Below are positions 1 through 9,482 of a stretch of 29,973 nt of DNA, piece after piece; position 1 is the first letter of the stretch; each line of letters begins with the position of its first letter. A model generated the notes under the pieces. It ran no database searches. It was not told the DNA's origin and saw nothing but the letters and a program-made list of their open reading frames with translations. The translations under genes and the position numbers were made by a program. The DNA lies in NCBI GenBank assembly GCA_964432405.1, contig CAYSNH010000005.1, positions 1 to 29,973 on the forward strand, written 5' to 3'. Origin of the DNA: an uncultured Candidatus Saccharibacteria bacterium (GTDB taxonomy: Bacteria; Patescibacteriota; Minisyncoccia; UBA6257; UBA11618).

Positions 1-30
1 CTCAATGGTTTTTTAAAAGAAAGTCTTGTA

Positions 31-414
31 ATGAGCAGTGAAGAAGCTGCAGCGATCCCCACAAAAGAAGAGCTCATTGCTCTTCTCCGTAGTGGGAGGG
101 TTACAGAGTTCAATAGAGTGAGGCCTAAGGGAGTAATCGACCTTATTGGGGCGAAACTTCATAAGGCGAACCTTAGGGAGGCGCACCTTTATAAGGTGAA
201 CCTTAGCGGAGCAGACCTTAGTGGAGCAGACCTTTGTTACGCATACCTTCGTGAGGCGGATCTTCGTGAGGCGGACCTTATTGGGGCGATCCTTCATTGG
301 ACGAACTTTTTTAAGGCAAATCTTATTGGGGCCAAAATTATGCAGGGGGATCTTTATGAATTGCTTGTTCAGGGGGCGATCATGTGTGAGTCTCATCGAA
401 AGAAACCTTGTTGA
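31..414 (+). CDS. pentapeptide-repeat protein (127 aa)
   Basis: ATG ORF. Its centre is an uninterrupted run of A(D/N)LxX-type pentapeptides (ANLRE AHLYK VNLSG ADLSG ADLCY AYLRE ADLRE ADLIG AILHW TNFFK ANLIG). It is the only CDS in the window ending in TGA and is followed by a hairpin terminator. Confidence 0.8.
   Translation: MSSEEAAAIPTKEELIALLRSGRVTEFNRVRPKGVIDLIGAKLHKANLREAHLYKVNLSGADLSGADLCYAYLREADLREADLIGAILHWTNFFKANLIGAKIMQGDLYELLVQGAIMCESHRKKPC
205..279. repeat. two 15-nt tandem duplications inside the pentapeptide gene
   Basis: agcggagcagacctt/agtggagcagacctt (205-234, encoding SGADL twice) and cgtgaggcggatctt/cgtgaggcggacctt (250-279, encoding READL twice). Each pair differs at one base. 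Confidence 0.8.
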
Positions 415-460
415 GGTAAGCCGTGATGCGGTCAAGTTATCATATTCAGAAGAAGCTTTG

Positions 461-493
461 TCCCTGTTCATTTTGTATGGACAGGGATTTTTT
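461..493 (+). terminator. rho-independent terminator after the pentapeptide gene
   Basis: Stem tccctgt(tc) at 461-469 pairs with (gg)acaggga at 479-487 with one G.U pair. It is followed directly by TTTTTT at 488-493 and lies 47 nt after the TGA stop. Confidence 0.7.
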
Positions 494-512
494 ATTATAC
501 TCATAAGGAATA

Positions 513-1592
513 ATGCCAACCTTTAATTTTAAAAGAGTAGACTGGGTGTTAAATGGGGTGGTTTTAGCACTAGCCATTCTTAGTCTCGTTACCATTTCTA
601 GCATTGCGCCAAATCTTTTTTGGCAACAAATGACCTGGTTTATTTTGGGTTTTGGCCTAATTCTATTATTTTCACAAATAGATTGGCGACCATTAGTTAA
701 TCATCGTTGGATTATTTTAGCCATTTATTTTTTCTTTGTTGGTTTGATTATTTTAACTTTTCTGTTTGCTCCAACTATTAGAGGGATTAGAGGGTGGTTG
801 GTGGTTGGTCCTTTTCAGATGCAGACTTCTGAGTTTGTTAAAATAGCTCTAATAATTGTTTTCGCTTACTTTTTCGCTCGTCGTCATGTTGGTATTGCTT
901 TGTGGCGTAACATTTTTATTCCCTTCGTTTATTTTCTTGTTCCAGCAATATTTATCCTCTTACAACCCGACTTAGGATCAACGCTCATTTTATTTGGTTT
1001 ATGGGTTGGCTTCTTATTAATTAGCGGTATTCGTCTCAAGCATATCGCAATCGGTTTATTAATCATTGGAATGTTAGGTGTTTGGAGTTGGTCCGGTTTT
1101 CTTCAGGATTATCAAAAAGAGAGGATCGTAGGCTTATTCAATCCTGACTATGATCCTCTAGGGGTTAACTATAATGTTATTCAGGCTAAGATAGCTATTG
1201 GTTCAGCGGGCTTTTTGGGTAAGGGGTATGGTCAAGGGACTCAGGTTCAATTAGGTTTTTTGCCTGAAGCTCATACCGATTTTATCTTTGCTGCTTTTAT
1301 TGAAGAGTGGGGTTTATTAGGGGGGGTAATCTTGTTGGGACTATTCTTTATGCTACTTTTCCGTATTATTAAAATAGGGTCGTTAGCTAAGAATAATTTT
1401 CCTAAATTATTATGCTTAGGAACAGTTATTCTTTTCATGTTACACTTTATTGTTAACGTCGGTTCAAATATAGGGCTTTTGCCCGTCATTGGAGTCCCAT
1501 TTCCTTTTTTGAGTTATGGAGGTTCTAACTTATTGACGAGCGCGGCTCTTATAGGAATAGTTCAAAGCATTGCAAATCGTTTCTCGTTTTAA
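513..1592 (+). CDS. SEDS-family peptidoglycan glycosyltransferase (FtsW/RodA/SpoVE family), 359 aa
   Basis: Polytopic membrane protein with family motifs QPDLGS, LPEAHTDFIFAAF and GLLPVIGVPFPFLSYGGSN. I cannot separate RodA from FtsW by eye. Confidence 0.9.
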   Translation: MPTFNFKRVDWVLNGVVLALAILSLVTISSIAPNLFWQQMTWFILGFGLILLFSQIDWRPLVNHRWIILAIYFFFVGLIILTFLFAPTIRGIRGWLVVGPFQMQTSEFVKIALIIVFAYFFARRHVGIALWRNIFIPFVYFLVPAIFILLQPDLGSTLILFGLWVGFLLISGIRLKHIAIGLLIIGMLGVWSWSGFLQDYQKERIVGLFNPDYDPLGVNYNVIQAKIAIGSAGFLGKGYGQGTQVQLGFLPEAHTDFIFAAFIEEWGLLGGVILLGLFFMLLFRIIKIGSLAKNNFPKLLCLGTVILFMLHFIVNVGSNIGLLPVIGVPFPFLSYGGSNLLTSAALIGIVQSIANRFSF

Positions 1593-2601
1593 TTTAAAAA
1601 ATCCTTGGTTCTTGCTAGTTGGTGCTATAGCAATCGTTCTTTTTATTGGCTTAATAGCCTTGGTTGTTGCCTTGCAGCCGGTAGATCGTTTGGCTAAAGA
1701 TGCTGATGTGGCATTTATTATTGAAAAAGGTGACGGCTTGAAAGAGGTGGTTGATAAGTTGAGTAAAGATAAACTTGTTAAGTCCACAGAAGCCTTTAAA
1801 ATATACAATCTTTTGAGTGGTAAAGCTCATTTATTCAAGCCAGGTCACTATAAGATAAGTCCCTCTTGGAACTCTGTTCAGATATCTAAATTGTTAATTG
1901 ATGGGCCACCGGAGATTTCGGTAGTTATTTTTGAGGGAGAGACGGTCAGAGATATTGATTTTCGATTAAGTTCATCAGGCATTATTAATGCCGGAGAATT
2001 GGAAAAATATGATTGGAGTAAGTTGGCTGTCGACTATCCATTTTTAAGAGAGGTTGGTTCTTTGGAAGGCTTCATTTTTCCCGACACTTATCGCTTCGCT
2101 CCTTTTTCTGATATAGATATTGTGGTGCGAGAGTTTTTAGATAATTTTAAAAAACAAGTTCTTCCTTTGTTTGAGGATGAGCTCACTGCTAACTACGAAT
2201 CTTTAATAATTGCCAGCTTAATTGAAAAAGAAGCGCCCTTTTTTGAAGATAGAAAAATTATTGCTGGACTTATCTATCGAAGAATGAGAATAGGTATGAG
2301 ATTGCAGCTAGACGCTACTACCGTTTATGAAAAATGTGGCAAGAGATTTTCCACTTGTCCAGCAACAACTAGGAGGTTATCCAGGAGAGACCTTGCATCA
2401 AAGGGGGAATATAATACATACTTAAGCAAAGGGTTGCCTCCAACACCGATCGCTAATCCGGGACTGAGTGCAATCAAATCTGCGTTGAATCCAGTTAGAA
2501 CGAGATACATATTTTATATCTCACATCCGCGCACTAGAAAGACGATTTTTGCTGCTACCCTTGACGAACACAATAGAAATCGTGTTAAATACTTAAGATA
2601 G
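1570..2601 (+). CDS. mltG: endolytic murein transglycosylase MltG (YceG-like), 343 aa
   Basis: N-terminal TM helix, then YceG motifs EGFIFPDTY, ASLIEKEA and YNTYLSKGLPPTPIANPG. The start is TTG at 1570, overlapping the SEDS gene by 23 nt. An in-frame TTG at 1612 is an alternative start. Confidence 0.85.
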   Translation: MQIVSRFNLKNPWFLLVGAIAIVLFIGLIALVVALQPVDRLAKDADVAFIIEKGDGLKEVVDKLSKDKLVKSTEAFKIYNLLSGKAHLFKPGHYKISPSWNSVQISKLLIDGPPEISVVIFEGETVRDIDFRLSSSGIINAGELEKYDWSKLAVDYPFLREVGSLEGFIFPDTYRFAPFSDIDIVVREFLDNFKKQVLPLFEDELTANYESLIIASLIEKEAPFFEDRKIIAGLIYRRMRIGMRLQLDATTVYEKCGKRFSTCPATTRRLSRRDLASKGEYNTYLSKGLPPTPIANPGLSAIKSALNPVRTRYIFYISHPRTRKTIFAATLDEHNRNRVKYLR

Positions 2602-2650
2602 AAAATTGGCTAAAAAAACAAGTTCCCAAGTGGGGTGGGGATTTACTTTT

Positions 2651-2678
2651 TTGCACTCTTAATTTTATTGCCTATAAA
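2651..2678 (+). promoter_or_regulatory. putative sigma70-type promoter for rpoBC (TTGCAC-16 nt-TATAAA)
   Basis: -35-like TTGCAC at 2651-2656 and -10-like TATAAA at 2673-2678, 18 nt before the rpoB ATG. No purine-rich SD lies in between. AT-rich background makes chance matches likely. Confidence 0.3.
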
Positions 2679-2696
2679 TTATTAATATAAAACACA

Positions 2697-5600
2697 ATGG
2701 ATAAATTACCCACTAAGTCTTTCAAGTCTTTTTCAAGTCATCCATCAGCAGTTCAACCAGATCTTTTTGAGATCCAAACCAATTCCTATAATTGGTTTTT
2801 AGACGATGGTTTGAAAGAGTTGTTTAAAGAAGTTTTCCCAATAGAGGATTTTTCTGAAAAAGGTCTTGAGCTACAATTCGTTGATTATTACTGGGACGAT
2901 CCTAAATACGACGAAGAACAGGCTAAGTTCAAGGATCTAACTTATGATTCAGCTTTAAGGGTTAAGTGTAAGCTAGTTAACAAGAAGGATAAGTCTGAGA
3001 AAGAGCAAGAGGTTTATTTTGGTGACTTTCCGGTTATGACCGAAAGAGGTACCTTTGTTATAAACGGAATTGAGCGGATAGTTATTTCTCAACTCATTCG
3101 TTCCTCTGGTGTATATTTTACCACTAACGTCCTAAGAGGCAAAAAATTGTTTGGTGCGAAGGTTATTCCTAACCGAGGAGCTTGGTTAGAGTTTGAAACC
3201 GACCGAGATGGTTTTATTGGTGTAAAGATCGATCGTCATCGTAAAACCGCGGCTACTGATCTTTTGAGAATCTTTGGTCTAGAAACCAATGCTCAGATTC
3301 AAGAAACCTTTGCTGATGTTGATACAGGAGAAGTTCAGTATATTGAAAAGACTTTAGCCAAAGATGCAGCAGAAACCGTTGATGGCTCTTATACCGAAAT
3401 ATATAAGCGCATTCGACCAGGTGACTTAGCAACAGTTGAGAATGCTAAGAGTTTAATTGATGCCATGTTCCAGAGACTCGATCGTTACGATTTTTCTAAA
3501 GTTGGCCGTTACAAACTCAATCAAAGACTTGGTGTTGATGAGAAGATTGATTCTCGAGTTATTCGATTAGAAGATTTGATTTTAATTATTAAGGAGATTA
3601 TTCGTCTCAATAACGATCAATCTCAAGAACCTGATGATATCGATCACTTGGGTAATCGTCGTATTCGTCCAGTTGGTGAGCAGCTGCAAAACCGACTTCG
3701 TATCGGCTTTACCAGAATGCGTCGAATCATTACCGACAAGATGTCCACCTCAGAACCCGAGGGGCTAACCCCAACTCAATTAATTAATGCTCGTCCATTA
3801 ATCTCTGTGGTTAAAGAGTTTTTCTCTTCTTCTCAGTTAGCTCAGTTCATGCAACAGGTTAACCCATTAGATGAGGTTGAGCATAAGCGACGTATCTCTG
3901 CTATGGGCCCTGGTGGCTTAACTCAAAAGAGAGCTGGATTCGAAGTTCGTGATGTTCACCGATCCCATTACGGCCGCATCTGCCCAATTCAAACTCCGGA
4001 AGGTGTGAATATCGGTTTAGTTAACCACTTGGCTATGTATGCGCGTCTTAACGATCTTGGCTTTATAGAGACTCCTTACGCGGTAGTTAAGGAGGGTAAG
4101 GTTACTAATAAAATTGTTTATTTAAATGCTCTAGAAGAAGAAAGATTTAACATTGCTCACGCGGGCGTTGATCTTTCAGGGTCCGTTACCGCTGGCGAAA
4201 TAGTAGAGGCTCGTATCAAGGGGCGACCGGGTACCTGTGCTCGTAGCGAGGTTGATTATATCGATGTCAGTCCAGAGCAGTTCATCAGTGTTTCTACCTC
4301 CCTCATTCCTTTCTTAGGTCATGACGATGCTAACCGAGCATTAATGGGTTCTAACATGCAACGTCAGGCAGTTGTTTCTATTAAATCTGATGCCCCTTAC
4401 GTCTCTACTGGCATGGAAGAGAAGGCGGCAAGAGATTCTGGTTATCTAATTGTCGCTGAAGAAGATGGGGAGATTAAATCGGTAGATGCTCAATCAATTG
4501 AAATTAAAACCAAAAGTGGTGTTAAAAAATACAATCTTAATAAGTTCGTTAGATCTAATCAGTACACCAGTATTTCTCAAAGGCCTTTAGTGAAGAGGGG
4601 TCAAAAAGTTAAGAAGGGTGATGTTTTGGTTGATGGGCCTTCCATCGACAATGGAGTCTTAGCTCTGGGTCAGAACATGGTGACCGCCTTCCTTTCTTTT
4701 GAGGGAGCTAACTTCGAGGATGCGATCGTTATTTCCGAAAGAGTTATGAGTAACGACTCCTTCACCTCTATTCATATCGAAGACTTTTATTGCGAGGTTA
4801 GAGATACTAAGTTAGGTCCGGAGGTAACTACCCCAGATATTCCTAACGTTGCTGAAGATAAACTTAAAAACTTAGACGAAGAAGGAATTATTCGTATTGG
4901 TGCCGAAGTTCACTCCGGTGATATTTTGGTGGGCAAGATCTCTCCTAAGGGTGAGACCGAATTAACTGCTGAAGAAAGATTACTGAGATCAATCTTTAGT
5001 GAAAAAGCTCGGGACGTTAAAGACTCTTCTCTAACCATGCCTCACGGAAAGAATGGGCGTGTGATAGGTATCAAAGTATTTTCTCGAGAAAAGGGTGATA
5101 AATTAGATCCAGGTATTATTAAAAAGATTCAGGTTGAAATAGCTCAGCTACGTAAAATTAGAGCCGGAGATAAGTTAGCTGGTCGGCATGGTAACAAGGG
5201 GGTTATCTCTCGAGTGCGACCAATTGAGGACATGCCTTATTTAGAAGATGGTACTCCGGTGGATGTTGTTCTTAATCCTTTAGGTGTTGTTTCTCGTATG
5301 AATATTGGTCAGATCTTAGAATGTCACCTTGGATGGGCTGCTAAGCATTTGGGCTATAGAGCTGTTACACCAGCTCTGGGAGGTGCGACTGAAAAACAGA
5401 TTAAAGAAGAGCTAAGTAAAGCTGGTCTTTCAGAAAGTGGTCAAAGCACTCTTTATGATGGTAGGACGGGTAAGCCATTTAGTCAGCCGGTAACAGTGGG
5501 AGTCTCTTACATTATGAAGCTTAACCACTTGGTTGAGGACAAGTTGCACATGAGATCAATCGGACCATACTCTTTGATTACTCAGCAGCCGTTGGGTGGT

Positions 5601-5858
5601 AAAGCTCATTTCGGTGGTCAGCGTTTTGGTGAGATGGAGGTCTGGGCTCTTGAAGGTCATGGGGCCGCTCACACTTTGCAAGAAATGCTAACTATTAAAT
5701 CAGATGATGTTTTAGGACGTTCATCAGCTTATGAGTCAATTATTAAAGGTGAGCCAATTCAAAAGCCTAATATCCCAGCATCTTTTAACGTCTTAATTAA
5801 TGAATTAAAAGCTCTGGGTCTTGGAGTCGAATTAAATAAAAAACAAGACAAAAAATAA
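2697..5858 (+). CDS. rpoB: DNA-directed RNA polymerase subunit beta, 1053 aa (compact form)
   Basis: Hallmark segments FGDFPVMTERGTFVINGIERIVISQL, GPGGLTQKRAGFEVRDVHRSHYGRICPIQTPEGVNIGLV, AGRHGNKGVISRV and GGQRFGEMEVWALEGHGAA. Confidence 0.97.
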   Translation: MDKLPTKSFKSFSSHPSAVQPDLFEIQTNSYNWFLDDGLKELFKEVFPIEDFSEKGLELQFVDYYWDDPKYDEEQAKFKDLTYDSALRVKCKLVNKKDKSEKEQEVYFGDFPVMTERGTFVINGIERIVISQLIRSSGVYFTTNVLRGKKLFGAKVIPNRGAWLEFETDRDGFIGVKIDRHRKTAATDLLRIFGLETNAQIQETFADVDTGEVQYIEKTLAKDAAETVDGSYTEIYKRIRPGDLATVENAKSLIDAMFQRLDRYDFSKVGRYKLNQRLGVDEKIDSRVIRLEDLILIIKEIIRLNNDQSQEPDDIDHLGNRRIRPVGEQLQNRLRIGFTRMRRIITDKMSTSEPEGLTPTQLINARPLISVVKEFFSSSQLAQFMQQVNPLDEVEHKRRISAMGPGGLTQKRAGFEVRDVHRSHYGRICPIQTPEGVNIGLVNHLAMYARLNDLGFIETPYAVVKEGKVTNKIVYLNALEEERFNIAHAGVDLSGSVTAGEIVEARIKGRPGTCARSEVDYIDVSPEQFISVSTSLIPFLGHDDANRALMGSNMQRQAVVSIKSDAPYVSTGMEEKAARDSGYLIVAEEDGEIKSVDAQSIEIKTKSGVKKYNLNKFVRSNQYTSISQRPLVKRGQKVKKGDVLVDGPSIDNGVLALGQNMVTAFLSFEGANFEDAIVISERVMSNDSFTSIHIEDFYCEVRDTKLGPEVTTPDIPNVAEDKLKNLDEEGIIRIGAEVHSGDILVGKISPKGETELTAEERLLRSIFSEKARDVKDSSLTMPHGKNGRVIGIKVFSREKGDKLDPGIIKKIQVEIAQLRKIRAGDKLAGRHGNKGVISRVRPIEDMPYLEDGTPVDVVLNPLGVVSRMNIGQILECHLGWAAKHLGYRAVTPALGGATEKQIKEELSKAGLSESGQSTLYDGRTGKPFSQPVTVGVSYIMKLNHLVEDKLHMRSIGPYSLITQQPLGGKAHFGGQRFGEMEVWALEGHGAAHTLQEMLTIKSDDVLGRSSAYESIIKGEPIQKPNIPASFNVLINELKALGLGVELNKKQDKK

Positions 5859-5862
5859 AAAT

Positions 5863-8800
5863 ATGGAATTCGATTCAATTAGATTAACAGTGGCTTCTCC
5901 TGAGGATATTCTAGAATGGTCTCATGGTGAGGTAACTAAGCCAGAAACTATCAACTATCGTACTCAGCGAGCTGAGAAAGATGGTTTATTTTCAGAAAGA
6001 ATTTTCGGACCAGTTAAAGACTGGGAGTGTTATTGTGGTAAGTATCGAAGGATTCGTTACAAAGGAGTTGTTTGTGATAAGTGTGGTGTTGAGGTTACCC
6101 GATCAATTGTTCGTCGAGAGAGAATGGGTCACATTCAACTAGCTGCTCCAGTTGTTCATATCTGGTTCTTAAGAAGCGTGCCATCTAAAATTGGTTTAAT
6201 TTTAGACGCTCAGCTTTCTAAAATTGAAAAGGTTGTTTATTACATTTCTTATATCGTCACAGCAGTTAATGAAGATAATAGAAAGAGAACTTTAGAGGAT
6301 ATTGATAAAGAGTTTAAGGCTCGTAAGAAGCTTTTAAAAATTAAAACCGAAATAGAAGACCTTAAATCAGCTACCACTAAAACTAAAAACCAACTACAAG
6401 ATCTAAAAGTTGGCCAGATTCTTGTGGAGAGTGAGTTTCATAATCTCTCTCGTCGTTTTGGAGATGTTTTTGAAGCCGGTACTGGTGGAGAGGCTGTTAG
6501 AAAGATATTAGCTCAATTAGACCTTGCTAAAATCAAAGAGGAGATTGAAAAAGAACTTGAGACCGCTAGAGATAGCACTAAGGAGACTCGGTTGTTGCGT
6601 CGCCTAAAAATCATCAGCTCAATGTTAAAGAATGGCATGAAGCCAGAATGGATGGTCATGAACGCCTTGCCAATCTTGCCACCTGACCTTCGTCCAATGG
6701 TTGCCTTAGATGGTGGTCGTTACGCCACCTCTGACCTTAATGATCTTTATCGAAGAGTTATTAATCGTAATAATCGACTTAAGAGGTTGATGGAATTAGG
6801 TTCACCAGAAATTATTGTTATTAACGAAAAGAGAATGCTTCAAGAAGCGGTTGATGCTTTATTTGATAATTCTGCCCGCTTCACAACTCAACAGCTATCT
6901 AGTCAGCGTCGACCATTACGCTCCTTGGCAGACATGCTTAAAGGAAAGCAGGGTCGTTTTCGACAAAACTTGTTAGGTAAGCGAGTCGACTACTCAGGTC
7001 GTTCGGTAATTGTAGTGGGACCTAATCTAAAGATCGATCAGTGCGCTCTTCCAAAACAAATGGCGCTTGAGATATTTAAGCCATTCGTGATCAATAAGAT
7101 AATCGAGAAAGAAATGGCTCACAGTATTCGTAATGCTAATCGATTAATTGAAGAAGGAGCTCCTGAGGTCTGGGCTATTTTAGAAGAGGTGATTGATGGT
7201 CGGAAGGTTCTATTGAACCGTGCTCCCACCCTTCACCGCCTAGGAGTCCAAGCTTTTCAGCCGCTACTTATCGAAGATATGGCTATTAGAGTGCCACCAC
7301 TAGTTTGTTCTGCTTTCAATGCTGACTTTGATGGTGACCAGATGGCGGTCCACCTTCCTCTTACCAAAGAGGCTCAAAAAGAAGCTTCTGAGATCATGCT
7401 TGCTAGTCGCAGCTTGTTGAAGCCAGCTACAGGAGAGCCTATTGCCACACCAACCTTAGACATGGTGTTGGGTTGTTATTACTTAACTCGCATCAAAGAA
7501 GATGCTTTAGGAAAGGGTATGAAGATGTCTTCTAAAGAGGAGGCTATTATCGCTCATGAAAATGATAAGTTAGATGTTAATGCTCCAATTACTGTTCATG
7601 GCATTGAGGGTGATACTAGTGTTGGACGATTATTATTCAACGAGATTCTTCCCGAAGGATTTGATTATGTTAATGAGTTAGTTGGCAAGAAAGGCCTCTC
7701 TAATATTATTGGTGTTTGCATCAATCAATACGGTATTGATGAGACTGCCACGGTACTTGATAAGGTAAAGGGATTAGGCTTTGAATACGCCACTCTTTCC
7801 GGTGTTTCTTGGGGAATGGATGAGTTAATTATTCCTAAGGAAAAAGATGAAATTATGGAAGCTGCTCAGAAAGAGGAGGCGTTAGTTCGTTCCCAATACG
7901 AACAAGGACTGCTAACAGAGTACGAACGACATAATAGAATTGTTGAAATCTGGACCAAGGCTAAAGAAGATATTGAGGAGCACGTTAAAAGTGATTCCCT
8001 TGATAAATTTAAATCAGCCTATACCTTAGTTGATTCTGGAGCTCGAGGTGCTTGGGCTCAGTTAGTACAAATGATGGGTATGAAGGGGCTTGTGGCTAAC
8101 CCTAAGGGTGAGTCTATCGAGTTGCCCGTTAAATCATCTTTCAAAGAAGGTTTCGGTGTATTGGAATATTTCATTTCAACTCATGGTGCTAGAAAGGGTA
8201 CTACTGACACCGCTCTAAAGACTGCTCAAGCTGGTTATCTAGCTCGACGTTTAGTGGATGTTTGTCAGGACTTATGTATTAAAGAAAATAATTGCCGAAC
8301 TAAGGAAGGTATAGAGGTTCATCGTTCTGATTCAGAGAGTATTAATCTAGATCTATCTAGTAGACTTTTTGGTAGAACTCTCCTCGAAGAAATTAAGGAC
8401 GGTAAGACTGTGATTGCTAAGGCCGGTCAGATAGTTGATAAAGAAACAGCCAAGGCTATCGAGAATTCTAAGGTAGATGTTGTTAAGGTTAAGTCTCCGA
8501 TTACCTGCAAAAGTCTTTATGGTCTTTGTTCTAAATGTTACGGATTTGACTTGGGTACTAATAAGCAGATTGAGATTGGTGAGGCGGTTGGTGTTGTGGC
8601 TGCTCAATCTATCAGTGAGCCAGGTACTCAGCTAACTATGAGAACCTTCCATACTGGTGGTGTGGCTGGTACCGACATCACTCACGGATTACCTCGTATT
8701 GAAGAGGTCTTTGAGGCTAGATTGCCGAAGGGTAAGGCTTTTGTTGCTGAAGAGGATGGTGTGGTTGAGGATATAGAAAGTAAAGGCTTGCTCAAAGTAT

Positions 8801-9447
8801 TAAAAATAAAATCAACCATTACGTCTGGTGATAAAAAGAAAGATAAGCTTTACGAATTCCCAATCCATCAACAAAGTGAAATCTTCTTTAAGAAGGGAGA
8901 TAAGGTGTTGAAGGGGGCTCAGCTTTGTGAAGGTCGTCTTGATATTAAAGAGGTCTTCCAAATTAAAGGTGGTCGTGAAGTGGAGCGATACATTATTAAT
9001 GAAATTCAAAACATCTATTCTTCAGAAGGAGCGTCAATTAGCGACAAGCATATTGAGGTAGTTGTTCGTCAGATGTTCTCTCGAGTTCAGGTTAAGACTG
9101 CTGGAAGCACAGAATTTATCCCGGGCGATGTAGTTGAAAAATCAAAGTTCATAGAATCTAATAGAGAGACTAAAGAAGCCGGTGGTGAGCCAGCTAAAGC
9201 TAAACAATTGCTTTTTGGTATTACCAAGGTAGCTCTCTCTACCGAAAGCTTCTTGTCAGCTGCCTCATTCATTGAAACCGCCAAGGTGTTAATTAATGCT
9301 GCCATAGAAGGAAAGCAAGACGTGTTACGAGGCCTAAAAGAAAACGTTATTATTGGTCGTCTGATTCCTGTGGGAACGGGTGTTCGATATGAAGAAGAGC
9401 CTGAAAGCGAAGAGGTCGCAGAAAAAAGCAAATCTAAAAAATCTTAG
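5863..9447 (+). CDS. rpoC: DNA-directed RNA polymerase subunit beta', 1194 aa
   Basis: Zn-finger CYCGKYRRIRYKGVVCDKCGVEV, LPILPPDLRP, catalytic NADFDGDQMAVHLPL, and trigger-loop/bridge regions (SGARGAWAQLVQMMGMKG, QLTMRTFHTGGVAG). Begins 4 nt after rpoB. Confidence 0.97.
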   Translation: MEFDSIRLTVASPEDILEWSHGEVTKPETINYRTQRAEKDGLFSERIFGPVKDWECYCGKYRRIRYKGVVCDKCGVEVTRSIVRRERMGHIQLAAPVVHIWFLRSVPSKIGLILDAQLSKIEKVVYYISYIVTAVNEDNRKRTLEDIDKEFKARKKLLKIKTEIEDLKSATTKTKNQLQDLKVGQILVESEFHNLSRRFGDVFEAGTGGEAVRKILAQLDLAKIKEEIEKELETARDSTKETRLLRRLKIISSMLKNGMKPEWMVMNALPILPPDLRPMVALDGGRYATSDLNDLYRRVINRNNRLKRLMELGSPEIIVINEKRMLQEAVDALFDNSARFTTQQLSSQRRPLRSLADMLKGKQGRFRQNLLGKRVDYSGRSVIVVGPNLKIDQCALPKQMALEIFKPFVINKIIEKEMAHSIRNANRLIEEGAPEVWAILEEVIDGRKVLLNRAPTLHRLGVQAFQPLLIEDMAIRVPPLVCSAFNADFDGDQMAVHLPLTKEAQKEASEIMLASRSLLKPATGEPIATPTLDMVLGCYYLTRIKEDALGKGMKMSSKEEAIIAHENDKLDVNAPITVHGIEGDTSVGRLLFNEILPEGFDYVNELVGKKGLSNIIGVCINQYGIDETATVLDKVKGLGFEYATLSGVSWGMDELIIPKEKDEIMEAAQKEEALVRSQYEQGLLTEYERHNRIVEIWTKAKEDIEEHVKSDSLDKFKSAYTLVDSGARGAWAQLVQMMGMKGLVANPKGESIELPVKSSFKEGFGVLEYFISTHGARKGTTDTALKTAQAGYLARRLVDVCQDLCIKENNCRTKEGIEVHRSDSESINLDLSSRLFGRTLLEEIKDGKTVIAKAGQIVDKETAKAIENSKVDVVKVKSPITCKSLYGLCSKCYGFDLGTNKQIEIGEAVGVVAAQSISEPGTQLTMRTFHTGGVAGTDITHGLPRIEEVFEARLPKGKAFVAEEDGVVEDIESKGLLKVLKIKSTITSGDKKKDKLYEFPIHQQSEIFFKKGDKVLKGAQLCEGRLDIKEVFQIKGGREVERYIINEIQNIYSSEGASISDKHIEVVVRQMFSRVQVKTAGSTEFIPGDVVEKSKFIESNRETKEAGGEPAKAKQLLFGITKVALSTESFLSAASFIETAKVLINAAIEGKQDVLRGLKENVIIGRLIPVGTGVRYEEEPESEEVAEKSKSKKS

Positions 9448-9476
9448 TTGACGGTTAACCAATTTTTTGGTAGCTT
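9448..9476 (+). promoter_or_regulatory. putative promoter for rpsF-ssb-rpsR (TTGACG-17 nt-TAGCTT), 6 nt before the ATG
   Basis: TTGACG at 9448-9453 directly follows the rpoC stop. After a 17-nt spacer comes TAGCTT at 9471-9476, which keeps the T1, A2 and T6 positions. The ATG at 9483 is only 6 nt downstream, implying a leaderless or near-leaderless transcript. Confidence 0.3.
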
Positions 9477-9482
9477 AGTGCC

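Noticed and set aside
412-513. Possible TGA read-through or recoding. Reading through the TGAs at 412 and 424 would extend the pentapeptide ORF to a TAA at 511-513, abutting the next gene's ATG.
   Set aside because: The extension translates to non-protein-like sequence. It contains a classic hairpin plus T-tract terminator at 461-493, and no conserved gene in the window needs TGA as a sense codon.
13-519. 168-aa minus-strand ORF with a striking KVRLTKIRLTKVCVTKV five-residue periodicity.
   Set aside because: It is the antisense image of the pentapeptide-repeat gene, so the periodicity is inherited from the sense strand. The plus-strand ORF has the canonical A(D/N)LxX pattern and its own terminator. 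The +2-frame ORF at 221-526 is likewise a shadow.
2623-2652. Possible terminator or attenuator between mltG and rpoB: ttccc-9 nt loop-gggga followed by tttactttttt.
   Set aside because: The stem is only 5 bp including a G.U pair, and the T-tract is interrupted. It is too weak to call. The G-runs (ggggtgggg) are also too few for a G-quadruplex.
8353-9431. Three minus-strand ORFs (84, 65 and 114 aa) inside rpoC.
   Set aside because: They are antisense shadows within a strongly conserved coding region and have no recognisable features. The same applies to 1271-1489, 1530-1808, 2325-2510, 11707-11901, 20379-20660, 21245-21499, 26877-27062, 27981-28166 and 28462-28671.
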